Source: Longimicrobiales bacterium (GTDB lineage Bacteria; Gemmatimonadota; Gemmatimonadetes; Longimicrobiales; Gaopeijiaceae). Taken from it: a stretch of DNA of 64,000 nucleotides. Made by a program: the position numbers and the translations under genes. The stretch's first letter is position 1. Each line of letters opens with the position of its first letter. Location: positions 2,720,001-2,784,000 of the forward strand of contig CBDBCF010000001.1 of assembly GCA_965202985.1 (NCBI GenBank). Reading direction: 5' to 3'. Under the pieces are notes generated by a model that saw only the letters and a program-made list of their open reading frames with translations, ran no database searches and was not told the origin of the DNA. Shown one piece after another: positions 42,601 through 51,888 of the stretch.

Positions 42601-43390
42601 GGTTGGTCATGATCGTGTGGGTGCCCGTCTCGCGGTCGTAGCGGTACAGCTGGTAGCGGGGCAGGCGCGCGTTGTACTGCCAGTCGCCTGTCCCGCCGGC
42701 GTACCAGACGTGCCGGCCGTCAGGCCCGAACGCCGCGCCCACCATCTTGCGCGTCCCGGTGGCGCCGCCCAGGGCAAGCGGCGACCCCCGCTCGACGTGG
42801 TACAGGAAGAGCTTGGCGGGCCCGCCCAGTCCGCCGGACCGGCTGACCACGACGAACTCGCCGTCCGGGTCCCACTCGGGCGACAGGAACAGGTTGCCGT
42901 TGCCCCGGGACACCTGGGTCGTGTCGGTCTTGTCCAGGCGCATCGTCCACAGGTTGTCGCCGCCGCTGCGGTCCGACACGAAGGCCACGGACTCGCCGTC
43001 CGGGCTGAAGCGGGGCTGCACGTCGTAGGCCATCCCGGTCAGCAGGGGCGCCGCCTCGCCGCCGCCGATCGGCATAGTGTACAGGTCGCCCAGCAGGTCG
43101 AAGACGATCGTCTGCCCGTCCGGGCTCACGTCCAGCGATATCCACGTGCCCTCCGTGGCCGTGAACTCGGCCGTCCGGGCGCTGGCCAGCGGAAGCGGCT
43201 TCTCCCGCGAGCCGCCCCCGCCGCCGGCGCGCTGGGCCTCCGCCTCCGCCGGAAGCAGCGCCAGCGCCAACAGACCCAGCGCCGCCACCGCCCCCGCGAT
43301 GTTGCTCGGGCGCCTCGCCGTCCCCTCGGCCCGCCTCGTCTCCCCGCCTTGTCTCGTCGTCCCGGTCCTCGCTCTCCACGCGGCCCTCAT
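39614..43390 (-). CDS. Exported amidohydrolase with PD40/TolB-like beta-propellers (paralog 2)
   Basis: Signal peptide; EGTWISLDVSPDG; repeated PxFSPDG; PGFVDIHYH, YGVTTTRDP, VGSHGQ, GSIEEGKFAD. Confidence 0.9.
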   Translation of the reverse strand: MRAAWRARTGTTRQGGETRRAEGTARRPSNIAGAVAALGLLALALLPAEAEAQRAGGGGGSREKPLPLASARTAEFTATEGTWISLDVSPDGQTIVFDLLGDLYTMPIGGGEAAPLLTGMAYDVQPRFSPDGESVAFVSDRSGGDNLWTMRLDKTDTTQVSRGNGNLFLSPEWDPDGEFVVVSRSGGLGGPAKLFLYHVERGSPLALGGATGTRKMVGAAFGPDGRHVWYAGGTGDWQYNARLPRYQLYRYDRETGTHTIMTNRYGSGMRPAISPDGRWLVYATRHNADTGLRKRNLETGEEAWLAYPVQRDEQESRAPLDLLPGYAFLPDGSAIVASYGGKIWRVPMDGGEAAEVPFEVPIELGIGPEVKFDFRIDTAEMVVASQIRSPAVAPGGGKVVFTAFDRLWTKELPDGEARRLTTADVGEFHPQWSPDGSWIAYATWDDAEGGHVMKAPADGGEPVRLTATPALYYNVAWSPGGDRIVASRGAARELKEASGIFFGPLGGSFVWVPADGAAPSEATLVSPTGTRDVAHFAADEPDRIYAYSPLEGLVSFRWDGTDVKKHLVVRGRQGVQGIGSPHPGEWEYLPRRVFPWRQAPDPTDPEPPTESGPPSPAGLVLLSPEGDRAFAQFGRDVFVVELAEVGATPPNIVLANLAASPVPVRKVTDVGGEFPSWAPDGSALHWAMGNVLFTYDLDHVEAEEAEEEETARERALLRVRAMAVSDTLKEKRAEADSLEKADEEVPEALEDEISRLAADSVQVVADSLVARADSIRDAAAEVAAKAAAVRAGDDEVLADSTEAYEAGERKIEAKLPRDVPRGTVALRGGRIITMAEPADDSTEAPNVIENGVVVVEDNRIAAVGPADSVEVPEDAEVVDVSGKTLVPGFVDIHYHAQWLVPEIHPEEVWQYLSTLSYGVTTTRDPQTATTDILSYTDRVRTGGMTGPRIYSTGPGVFLSENIRDADHAKTILRRYSEYFDTKTLKMYMTGNRQQRQWVIQAAKELELMPTTEGGLDFKIDMTHAIDGYPGIEHNLPIAPVYSDMVELFKESQTTNTPTLLVSYGGPFGENWFYATEDVHDDPKLNVFAPKANIDARARRRGPGGGGSPGQAGWFLEEEHVFPRHGEFVKKMLEAGGRMGVGSHGQIQGVGYHWELWAMAAGGASNHDMLRAATILGAEAIGFGEHLGSIEEGKFADIVVLNADPLDDLRATVDILYVMKDGRLYNGTTLDELYPEPRVLERQRPAEADPSGTAAGIRR

Positions 43391-46300
43391 CGCCCGCCTC
43401 CCCGAATCCCCGCCGCCACGTCGGGCGCCGTGTGCCGCCAGGGTTCGTCGGGCGCCGGCCGCTGCCTGGGCCACAGTTCGTCCAGCGTGTCCCCGTCGTA
43501 GAGCCTTCCGTTCATCATCACCTTGTCCACGGTGTTCGTGTTGCGGATGTCGTCCAGGGGGTCGGCGTCCAAGATCACCAAGTCGGCCAGCTTGCCCGCC
43601 TCGACCGATCCCAGGTCGCGCCCCAGCCCGATCGCCTCCGCCCCCATGATCGTCGCGGCGCGAAGCGCCTCGTGCTCGTCCATGCCGCCGCTCTGCAACG
43701 CCCACAGCTCCCAGTGGTAGCCCAGCCCCTGCAGCTGGCCATGGCTGCCCACCCCGGTCTTGCCGCCGCCCTCCACCAGCCGGGCCAGCCAGCCCGAGTG
43801 CTTTTCGAAGGCGTACTCCTCGTCCATGAACCAGCCGCCCGGCCCCGGCCCCGACGTTTGGAGGCGCCTCGCCTTGAAGTCGAGCTCCCGCTTCGGCGTG
43901 AAGTGCGTCAGCTTGTCGTCGCCGAAGACGTCTTCGTGCGTGAAGAAGTAGTTCTCGGCCCACGGCCCTCCATACGACACCAGAAGCGTGGGCGAGTTCA
44001 CGGTGCCCGACGCCGCGAAAAGCTCGACCACGTCCCCGTAGGCCGGCACGATCGGCATCGAGTGCTCGACCCCCGGATAGCCGTCGATGGCGTGCGTCAT
44101 GTTCAGCCGGTAGTCCAGTCCGCCTTCCGTGGTGGGCATCAGCCCGAGCTCCTTGGCGGCCATGATCAGCCACTGCCGCTGCCGGCGGTTGCCGGACATG
44201 TACATCTTGAAGGTCTTGGTGTCGTAGTACCGGCTGTACTTGCTCAGCACGTCCAAGGCGTGCTCGTAGCTGCGCACGAAGTCCGACGAGAAGACGCCGG
44301 GGCCAGTGTGGTAAACCCGCGGACCCGCCATCTTTCCGGCCCGCACCATGTCCTCGTAGGACAGCACGTCGGTCGTGGCCGTCTGCGGGTCGCGCGTCGT
44401 GGTGACGCCGTAGGCAAGGTTGGCTTGGTATATCCAGGGCCGCGCCCAGTGGAAGCCCCACAGGTTCCACATGTGGGCGTGGGTGTCCACGAACCCGGGC
44501 ACGATCGTCTGGCCCATCGCGTCGATCACCGTTGCGCCCTCGGGCACGTCGCCGGCGCCCGCCGACACCGACGCGATCCGGTTGTTCTCGACCACCACGT
44601 CGGCGTTCTCCACGATCTCGTCGCCCCGCATCGTGATCACGCGGGCGCCGCGCAGCACCACCGTGCCTTCCGGGATGTCCCGCTCCGCCGTCACCTCCAC
44701 GCGTTGCTCGGCGGGCTCGTAGTCGTCCCCGGCGGCCTCCGCGGCGTCCAAGTCGTAGGTGAAGAGCGCGTTCCCCAGCGACCAGTGAACGGTGCGGCCG
44801 TCCGCGCTCCACGCGGGGAACTCGGCGCCGATCCGACTCAGCCGGCGCACCGGCACCGCGGCCGAGTCCGGCTTGAAGACGTCCACCTCCGGCAGCGTGG
44901 CGCCCAGGTCGGGCACCGTCACCGCGTACACGTCGCGCCCGAGCTGCGCCAGCGCCCAGTCGCCCTGGGGCGCCATCAGGACCTGCCCGGCCGAGAAACG
45001 GGGGATGTTCTCGCGGGGCTCTTCCTCGTGGTCGTCGTCGAACACCTGGGGCATCACCAAGTCCGAGGTCTCCGAGGCCACGTAGCCGTCGGGCGCCACG
45101 CCCGCGTCCACGTCGATGCGTCGGGTGACGCGAAGGTGGAGCTTCCGGTCGGTGTCGTCCCAGGCCGCCGAGCTCAGCGCCAGCGCCCGAGGTCCGGCGG
45201 CCGGCGAGCCGGGAACCGCGTCGGCCCGCGCGAATCCGTAGTAGTAGATGCGGTCGGGGTCGGCGGTGAAGTGGGGCGATCTGCGTCCGTCCGTGGGACC
45301 GATTACCGTGGCCGGCCCCCCGTCCGTCGGAATCCAGACGAACTCCGAGTCCAGCCCGAAGCCGATGAACGGGTCCACGGCCTCCTGCACGTTGCGGCGC
45401 GACGAGCGAATCGCCACGATCCGCTCCCCGTCCGGGGACCACGCGATCTGCTGGTAGTAGGCGGGCCGGGCCGTGAGCGTCGTGGCGCGTCCGCCCTCCG
45501 CCGACACCCGCCGGACGTGGCCCTCGCCGGCGTCGTCGTCCCACGTTGCGTACGCCACGTGGCGGCCGTCGGGCGACCAGACCGGCTGGAACTCGCCCAC
45601 CTCGTCTTCCGTGAGGCGACGGGGCTCGCCTGCCGCGTCGGCGCCTTCGCCGGCCAGCTCGGCCACGTAAAGGCGGTCCAGCGCGGTGAAGGCGATCCGC
45701 GCGCCGTCGGGCGAGGGCTTGGCGTCGCGGATCTGCTTGACGGTGAAGGTGGGCGTGTCTTGAATCGGGTACTCGAACTCGACTTCGGGGCCGATCGCGA
45801 TCTCGGCCTCGACCGAGAAGGGGACCTCCGTCGGTTCGGCGCCGTCCACGGGCACGCGCCAGATGCCGCCGCCGTACGAGATGACCAGGGCGTCGGAGCC
45901 GGGCGTGAAGCTGTAGCCGGGCAGCACGTCCATGGTGGCGGTGGACTCCTGGTCGTCGCGCTGGATGGGGTAGGCCAGCCAGTGCTCCTCGCCCGAGGCC
46001 AGGTCGCGCAGGCGGATGCCGGTGTCGGCGTCGTCCCGGCTGCCGTACGCCAGCCACTTCCCGTCGGGCGAGACCGCCGGACGAAACGCCGATCCGTACC
46101 GGTTGGACATCGGCGTCCGCGTGCCCGTCTCCCGGTCGTAGACCCAAAGCTGGTACTGCGGCAGGATCGCGTTGTAGCTCCAGGTGCCGATGCGCTGAGC
46201 GTACCAGACGTAGCGGCCCTCCGGGTCCACGGCGGGGCCCATCATGCGCTGCCCGAAGGAGCCGCCCACCATCTCCAGCCCCGTGCCCCCGTCCACGTGG

Positions 46301-46803
46301 TACAGCCACAGCTTCTCCAGGCCCTGCCGGGGCGCCGCCCGCGACACCACCACGTACTTGCCGTCGGGGGTCCACTCGGGCGAAGCGAAGCGGCTGCCTA
46401 TCCCCTTGCTCAGCTGGACGGGCTCGCCGCCCGTCGCGGGCATGAGCCACACGTTGTTGTCGCCGCTCCGGTCCGACACGAAGACGATCCGCTCGCCGTC
46501 CGGGCTGAAGCGCGGTTGCATGTCGTGCGGCATCCCGTCGGTGAGCCGCGCGGCCTGCCCGCCGGAGGCCGGCATGGCGTAGAGGTCGCCCAGCAGGTCG
46601 AAGACGATCGTCTGCCCGTCGGGGCTCACGTCCAGGGAGATCCACGTGCCCTCGGTGGTGGTGAAGCGCGCCCAGCGGGCGGGCTCCAGCGGGAGGCCGC
46701 GATCGAGGTCCGGCTTCTCGTCGACGGCGTCTTGGGCGCCGAGGGCCGAAGGGAGGATGACCAGCAGGGCGAGCGTCGAAAGGCCGCGATGGGCAAAGCG
46801 CAT
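43387..46803 (-). CDS. Exported amidohydrolase with PD40/TolB-like beta-propellers (paralog 1)
   Basis: Signal peptide; EGTWISLDVSPDG; PGFVDTHAH, YGVTTTRDP, VGSHGQ, GSVEAGKLAD. Confidence 0.9.
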   Translation of the reverse strand: MRFAHRGLSTLALLVILPSALGAQDAVDEKPDLDRGLPLEPARWARFTTTEGTWISLDVSPDGQTIVFDLLGDLYAMPASGGQAARLTDGMPHDMQPRFSPDGERIVFVSDRSGDNNVWLMPATGGEPVQLSKGIGSRFASPEWTPDGKYVVVSRAAPRQGLEKLWLYHVDGGTGLEMVGGSFGQRMMGPAVDPEGRYVWYAQRIGTWSYNAILPQYQLWVYDRETGTRTPMSNRYGSAFRPAVSPDGKWLAYGSRDDADTGIRLRDLASGEEHWLAYPIQRDDQESTATMDVLPGYSFTPGSDALVISYGGGIWRVPVDGAEPTEVPFSVEAEIAIGPEVEFEYPIQDTPTFTVKQIRDAKPSPDGARIAFTALDRLYVAELAGEGADAAGEPRRLTEDEVGEFQPVWSPDGRHVAYATWDDDAGEGHVRRVSAEGGRATTLTARPAYYQQIAWSPDGERIVAIRSSRRNVQEAVDPFIGFGLDSEFVWIPTDGGPATVIGPTDGRRSPHFTADPDRIYYYGFARADAVPGSPAAGPRALALSSAAWDDTDRKLHLRVTRRIDVDAGVAPDGYVASETSDLVMPQVFDDDHEEEPRENIPRFSAGQVLMAPQGDWALAQLGRDVYAVTVPDLGATLPEVDVFKPDSAAVPVRRLSRIGAEFPAWSADGRTVHWSLGNALFTYDLDAAEAAGDDYEPAEQRVEVTAERDIPEGTVVLRGARVITMRGDEIVENADVVVENNRIASVSAGAGDVPEGATVIDAMGQTIVPGFVDTHAHMWNLWGFHWARPWIYQANLAYGVTTTRDPQTATTDVLSYEDMVRAGKMAGPRVYHTGPGVFSSDFVRSYEHALDVLSKYSRYYDTKTFKMYMSGNRRQRQWLIMAAKELGLMPTTEGGLDYRLNMTHAIDGYPGVEHSMPIVPAYGDVVELFAASGTVNSPTLLVSYGGPWAENYFFTHEDVFGDDKLTHFTPKRELDFKARRLQTSGPGPGGWFMDEEYAFEKHSGWLARLVEGGGKTGVGSHGQLQGLGYHWELWALQSGGMDEHEALRAATIMGAEAIGLGRDLGSVEAGKLADLVILDADPLDDIRNTNTVDKVMMNGRLYDGDTLDELWPRQRPAPDEPWRHTAPDVAAGIRGGGR

Positions 46804-46958
46804 TTGCCGACTCCGTTCGTCGTGGTTGCAGATGGCGGCACAGGTCCACAGTAGCACCGGCAACGGCCCCGCGGCTACCCCGTTCGCTTCTGCGCTCGGT
46901 GCGCCCGCCGTCGGTGCGCCGCGCTGGACTTGCCGGGGGCCAGCGGCGACCTTTCGAC

Positions 46959-47873
46959 ATGAACGGAGCCGACCTCCGCGAGATCGCCCTGATCTCGGTG
47001 TCCATCGACCTGGGCGCCGGACGTCGGGGCGTGGACATGGGGCCGTCGGCCCTTCGGATCGCGGGGATCGTAGAACAGCTCGAGGCTCTGGGCTACAAGG
47101 TTCACGAGGCCGGCTCGGTCACCGCCGGCGGGCTCGAGGTCACCGACTCCGGCGAAGCCCACCTTCGCTTCCTGGACGAAGTCGCTCGCGTGGCCGCCCG
47201 CACTCGGTTCATGGTGGCGCGGGCCTTGGAGCGTGGCCGCCTGCCCGTGGTCCTGGGCGGCGACCACTCCCTGTCGATCGGTTCGATCGCCGCGGTGGCG
47301 GATTACTTTCGCGAGCGGCGCAAGCCCCTGGGCGCCATCTGGGTGGACGCCCACACGGACATGAACCTCCCCGGCACCACCCCCAGCGGCAACATCCACG
47401 GCATGTCCCTGGCCGTCCTGCTGGGACGGGGCGCGCCCCGCCTGACCGGCCCGGTGCCCAGCCTGCGTGCCGACAACGTGTGCGTGCTGGGAGCCAGGGA
47501 GCTGGACGCGGGCGAAAAGGAGCTGGTGGCGGAGATGGGCGTGCGCGTGTTCGCCATGTCGGAGATCGACGCCCGCGGAGTAGGGCCGTGCATGGACGAA
47601 GCGCTGGAGCGCGCCAACGACGGCACCGCCGGCTTTCACCTGTCCGTGGACCTGGATGTGCTGGACCCGCGTTTCGCGCCGGGGGTCGGCACCCCCGTGC
47701 AAGGCGGCCTCACCAACCGCGAAGGGCACCTGGTGTGCGAGAAGGCTGCCCGCTCCGGACGGCTGGCCGGCATGGACGTGGTCGAACTGAACCCGGTCCT
47801 GGACCACCGCAACGACACGGCGGTGCTGGCCGTGGGCTTGGTGGCTTCGGCCCTGGGCAAGACGATCCTCTAG
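46959..47873 (+). CDS. rocF: Arginase
   Basis: GVDMGPSALR, LGGDHS, WVDAHTD, SGNIHGM, SVDLDVLDP, VELNP. Confidence 0.95.
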   Translation: MNGADLREIALISVSIDLGAGRRGVDMGPSALRIAGIVEQLEALGYKVHEAGSVTAGGLEVTDSGEAHLRFLDEVARVAARTRFMVARALERGRLPVVLGGDHSLSIGSIAAVADYFRERRKPLGAIWVDAHTDMNLPGTTPSGNIHGMSLAVLLGRGAPRLTGPVPSLRADNVCVLGARELDAGEKELVAEMGVRVFAMSEIDARGVGPCMDEALERANDGTAGFHLSVDLDVLDPRFAPGVGTPVQGGLTNREGHLVCEKAARSGRLAGMDVVELNPVLDHRNDTAVLAVGLVASALGKTIL

Positions 47874-47889
47874 CTCACCCGACCCGGTC

Positions 47890-49470
47890 TCACATTCCCC
47901 AGACCCGGACGCGGGTTCCGTCCTGCGCCTCGTGGGACCTTCGGAACACCTTCTCGTCCCAACTGCGCCCCTGCCGTCTGTCGAACACGACCAGATGTCC
48001 CGCCTCGGCGTCGCAACGGTCCATGTAGCCCGCCGTCTGCTCCACCCCTTCGGCGACCGTTCGCTCCAGCCCCTTGCGCAGCACCTTGCACTCGACCACG
48101 TGCCGTTGCGTGCCGCCGCCCTTGGGCCACAGCACCAGCAGGTCGGTGCGTCCTCGCCCCAGCCCGTACTCCCGCTCGATCCGGCCTCCGCTGTTCACGA
48201 TGCGCTGCAGGAACGCCTGCAACAGCAGCTGCGGTCCGGCTTCCTTGTATTGGAAACGTTCCACCCGATGCTCCGAGTGCTCCCGGAAGAACTCCTGGAA
48301 GGCCGCCAGCAGCTTCTCCATCTCCAGGCCGCCCGCCGCGTTCACGTACCAAGCCGCGTCCTGCGCCAAGTTCGCCTGCGGCTCCCACGCCAGCTCCCGC
48401 GGCACCACCTCCGCGTAGATCGGATTCGCGACGCGCACCGGCAAATCCCTGGCCACCAGCCCCAAGTCCTGGACGTACTCGAGGTCGCGCGGCGCGAACT
48501 CGGTCTCGCCGCCGCCCGCCAGCAACGGCTCCACCACGCGCCGCACCCGCTCCTCCCGCAGCTTGTCAGCCAGCTGGTCCAGGTGCGTGTCGCGCCGCAG
48601 GATCAACGCTTCCGCCGCCTCCAGCACGTCGGCCTGCGAAATCGTTCGTGCCCGGCCCGCCGCTGCGCGCTCGCCCTCGAAGCACATCTCGTAGGCCAGC
48701 GCATTGACCAGCCAGGGCTGGCCCCGCGTCCGGGTCCAGACGGCATCGATCGCGCCCTCCGCGAACGTTTGGCCCGCATCCTCGGTGTGCTGGCCCAACA
48801 GGGCGACAACTTGGTCGCGCGAGAAGTCGCCCAGCCGCAGCGACTTGGCCTTGACGTTGAACGCGCTGCCCCCCGCCACCATCGTGCCGGCCGGGGCCGA
48901 GCGGATGCGGTAGTCCCGCACGTCGCGCACTCCGCACAGGACCACGCTCTGCGGAAAGCCGTCCGGCCGCATGTCGGAGCCCGCCCGCAGCTGCCGCAAC
49001 ACCGACAGCAGCGAGTTTCCCACCAGCGCGTCGATCTCGTCGATCAACAGCACCAGCGGCTTCGGGGCGACGGATGCCCACCGCGTCAGGCTTTGGCGAA
49101 GCGCGCCGTGGGGGCCCCGCGTGGCCAGCATCTCCGGCCATATCGCCTCCAGGGCGTCGTCGCCCACTGCGCGCACCGCTCGGTCGGCCAGCTCGCCCAG
49201 CACCGTTCGCATCGCCTGCTCGACGTCCTCCAGGGCCGCCTGGGCGCCTTCCACGTTCACGTAGACGCAACTGTGACGCCCTTCGTCGTTCAGCAGGTCC
49301 CGAAGCGCCAGCAGGGCCGAGGTCTTGCCGGTCTGGCGGGGCGCGTGAAGCACGAAGTAGCGGTGCTCGGCGACAAGCCGTCGGATCTCGGCCAGGTCGA
49401 CGCGCTCGGGGGGCGGGACGCAGTAGTGGCGACTCGCATCCACCGGGCCGGTCGTGTTGAAGAAGCGCAT
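47890..49470 (-). CDS. AAA-like ATPase with C-terminal PD-(D/E)XK nuclease-like domain
   Basis: MRFFNTTGP, Walker A APRQTGKTS, Walker B LLIDEID, C-terminal REYGLGRGRTDL...VVECK...QTAGYMD. Confidence 0.85.
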   Translation of the reverse strand: MRFFNTTGPVDASRHYCVPPPERVDLAEIRRLVAEHRYFVLHAPRQTGKTSALLALRDLLNDEGRHSCVYVNVEGAQAALEDVEQAMRTVLGELADRAVRAVGDDALEAIWPEMLATRGPHGALRQSLTRWASVAPKPLVLLIDEIDALVGNSLLSVLRQLRAGSDMRPDGFPQSVVLCGVRDVRDYRIRSAPAGTMVAGGSAFNVKAKSLRLGDFSRDQVVALLGQHTEDAGQTFAEGAIDAVWTRTRGQPWLVNALAYEMCFEGERAAAGRARTISQADVLEAAEALILRRDTHLDQLADKLREERVRRVVEPLLAGGGETEFAPRDLEYVQDLGLVARDLPVRVANPIYAEVVPRELAWEPQANLAQDAAWYVNAAGGLEMEKLLAAFQEFFREHSEHRVERFQYKEAGPQLLLQAFLQRIVNSGGRIEREYGLGRGRTDLLVLWPKGGGTQRHVVECKVLRKGLERTVAEGVEQTAGYMDRCDAEAGHLVVFDRRQGRSWDEKVFRRSHEAQDGTRVRVWGM

Positions 49471-49705
49471 GGGCGTGGACTCGGACGCCTCCCCCCGAGG
49501 ACTCGAGCGCGCCCGCCCGATCCGTGAACTCCGGGGCGGCGCCGACAATCGAAGATAGCGACGTGGCCGAGGCGGCCGAGGGCGCGGGCGTACGGGGCAG
49601 CGCGACTTGCCGGCCGGTCCCGCGGCTCCGTACCATTCGCCGTGCAGCTCCAACCCGCGAGGCGCGCCGGATCGCGGCCAACCCCATGACTTCTGCCGAC
49701 CCCCC

Positions 49706-51694
49706 GTGATCTCCGTCAACGAGCTGGGCCAATCGTTCGGGGGGCGAACGCTCTTCGCGGGCGCTTCGTTTCGCTTGGACCGGGGCAAGCGGTACGGCTT
49801 GGTGGGCGCCAACGGCTCGGGCAAGACCACGCTCCTGGGCATCCTTGCGGGCGACGCGACACCCAGCGTCGGCGAGGTGTCCGTCCCCAAGCGGGCCCGG
49901 CTGGGCGTGTTGCGTCAAGACCAGTTCCTCCACCGCGACGAGGCGATCCTGCAGGTCGCTCTCATGGGCAACCGAGAACTGTGGGAAGCGATGGCGGAGA
50001 AGGAGAGGCTCCTGGCGGCCGCCGACGGGGCCGCGAGCGCCGACGGGGCCGAGGGAGCCGAGGCCGAGTTCGACGCCGAACGGTTCTCCGAGCTCGAGGA
50101 GATCGTTCAGGACCACGACGGCTACGCCGCCGAATCCCGGGCCGGCGCGATCCTGGAAGGACTGGGGATCCCGTCCGTCGTCCACGGCGACCCGCTGTCG
50201 ACCCTGTCCGGCGGCTTCCGGCTGCGGGTCCTGCTGGCGCAGGTGCTGGCCAGCGCCCCCGACGCTCTCCTTCTGGACGAGCCGACGAACCACTTGGACA
50301 TCCTGTCGATCCGCTGGTTGGAGAAGTTCCTGCGGGAGTTTCCGGGTCCCGTGGTCGTCGTCAGTCACGACCACAGGTTCTTGGAGAACGTGGTCACGCA
50401 CGTCCTGGACATGGACTACGAGACCGTGCTGCAATACCCGGGGGGCTTCGAGGCGTTCCGCCGGGGCAAGGCGGAGGAACGGGGGCGGCGCGAGAAGGAG
50501 ATCGCCACGCGCAAGCGGGAGATCGCGCACCACCAGCAGTTCGTGGACCGCTTCCGGGCCAAGGCCACCAAGGCCCGACAGGCCCAGAGCAAGGTCCGCC
50601 TGATCGAGAAGAAGGCCGACGCCTTGGTCGAGCTTCCCCGGAGTTCCCGGCGCTGGCCCACCTTCCGCTTCGAGCAGTCGCGTCCCAGCGGCAGGGAAGT
50701 GCTGCGCGCGAAGGGCGTCTCCAAGTCCTACGGCGACAACCGGGTGTTGGATGGAGTGGACCTGGAGGTTGCGCGCGGCGACCGGCTGGCGGTGATGGGA
50801 CCCAACGGGATCGGGAAGTCCACTCTCCTGCAGATTCTGACGGGGCGACTGGAGGCCGACGCGGGGTCGGTCGAATGGGGATACGAAGCTCGGCCGGGCT
50901 ACTTCGCCCAGGACCAGGGCGACCACTTTCGCTCCTTGCGCCGCAGCGCCGAGGCGTGGATCGGCGACTTCTGCGACGGACGGGACAGAGGATACGCGCG
51001 CGGCATGTTGGGAAGGGTCCTCTTCTCGGGAGACGACGCCGAGAAGCCCCTGGACGCTCTGTCCGGCGGCGAGGCGGCCCGACTGGTCTTCTGCAGTCTC
51101 ATGATCCGCGCACCCAACGTGCTCGTGCTCGACGAGCCCACCAATCACCTGGACATGGAGTCGATAGAGGCGCTCGTGGACGGGTTGCGGGAGTACGAGG
51201 GGACGCTGGTCTTCGTGTCCCACGACCGCTGGTTCGCGAGCCGCCTGGCGAACCGGGTCGTGGAGATCGCGCCGGAGGGCATCCGGGACTACCGCGGCAC
51301 CTACGAGGAGTACGTCCACTTCTGCGGCGACGACCACCTGGACGTGGACCGAGTCGTGCTGAAAGCGAAGGCGACGCGCAAGAAGCGGGCGAGCGGGCAG
51401 TCCGGCGCAGGCGGGCAGCAGAACCGGCGGGCGGGGACGCGTCGGCGGGGCGGGAAAAGCAGCGGCGCCCGGCGACGAGGGTCGCTGGACGACAGGCGGA
51501 GCAGCCTGATCGGGCGCATCGAGCGACTGGAGGCGCGGTTGGCCGAGATCGACCGCGAGTTGGCCGATCCGGAGTTGTATGCGCGCCCCGCGCAGGGAGA
51601 GGCGGCGACGCTGGCGCAAGAGCGCGCCAAGGCGGTTGCCGAGATGGAGCGGCTCATGGCCGAGTGGGAAAAGCTCGAGGCGGAACCCGGCTAG
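49706..51694 (+). CDS. ABC-F family ATP-binding protein
   Basis: Two ABC domains (GANGSGKT/LSGG/LDEPTNHLD and GPNGIGKS/LSGGE/LDEPTNHLD), no TM segments, C-terminal coiled coil. Confidence 0.95.
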   Translation: MISVNELGQSFGGRTLFAGASFRLDRGKRYGLVGANGSGKTTLLGILAGDATPSVGEVSVPKRARLGVLRQDQFLHRDEAILQVALMGNRELWEAMAEKERLLAAADGAASADGAEGAEAEFDAERFSELEEIVQDHDGYAAESRAGAILEGLGIPSVVHGDPLSTLSGGFRLRVLLAQVLASAPDALLLDEPTNHLDILSIRWLEKFLREFPGPVVVVSHDHRFLENVVTHVLDMDYETVLQYPGGFEAFRRGKAEERGRREKEIATRKREIAHHQQFVDRFRAKATKARQAQSKVRLIEKKADALVELPRSSRRWPTFRFEQSRPSGREVLRAKGVSKSYGDNRVLDGVDLEVARGDRLAVMGPNGIGKSTLLQILTGRLEADAGSVEWGYEARPGYFAQDQGDHFRSLRRSAEAWIGDFCDGRDRGYARGMLGRVLFSGDDAEKPLDALSGGEAARLVFCSLMIRAPNVLVLDEPTNHLDMESIEALVDGLREYEGTLVFVSHDRWFASRLANRVVEIAPEGIRDYRGTYEEYVHFCGDDHLDVDRVVLKAKATRKKRASGQSGAGGQQNRRAGTRRRGGKSSGARRRGSLDDRRSSLIGRIERLEARLAEIDRELADPELYARPAQGEAATLAQERAKAVAEMERLMAEWEKLEAEPG

Positions 51695-51888
51695 CGGCCC
51701 GTAGCAGGTTCTCGCGGACGTGCGGACCGCGCTCGCCGATGCATGGGCGATGTCAAACCACAGTAGAAATGTCCGGGAGCAGTAGGTGTCGCGGCGTCGC
51801 GCCACTTCAATGAACGAGCGAACGAGTGCCCGCGGTGTCCGGACGATTGCCTCGGGCTCGTCTCGAGATCGTGATTCGCCGGCTCCCG

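Noticed and set aside
43391..47038. Apparent 2474-aa amidohydrolase ORF
   Set aside because: The N-terminal half is an alternate frame of paralog 1; paralog 2 has its own ATG (43390) and signal peptide.
51695..51888. Lower-GC spacer between ABC-F and the adhesin, with a weak palindrome (TCGCCGATGCATGGGCGA)
   Set aside because: No convincing ORF, RNA fold or U-tract; too weak to call.
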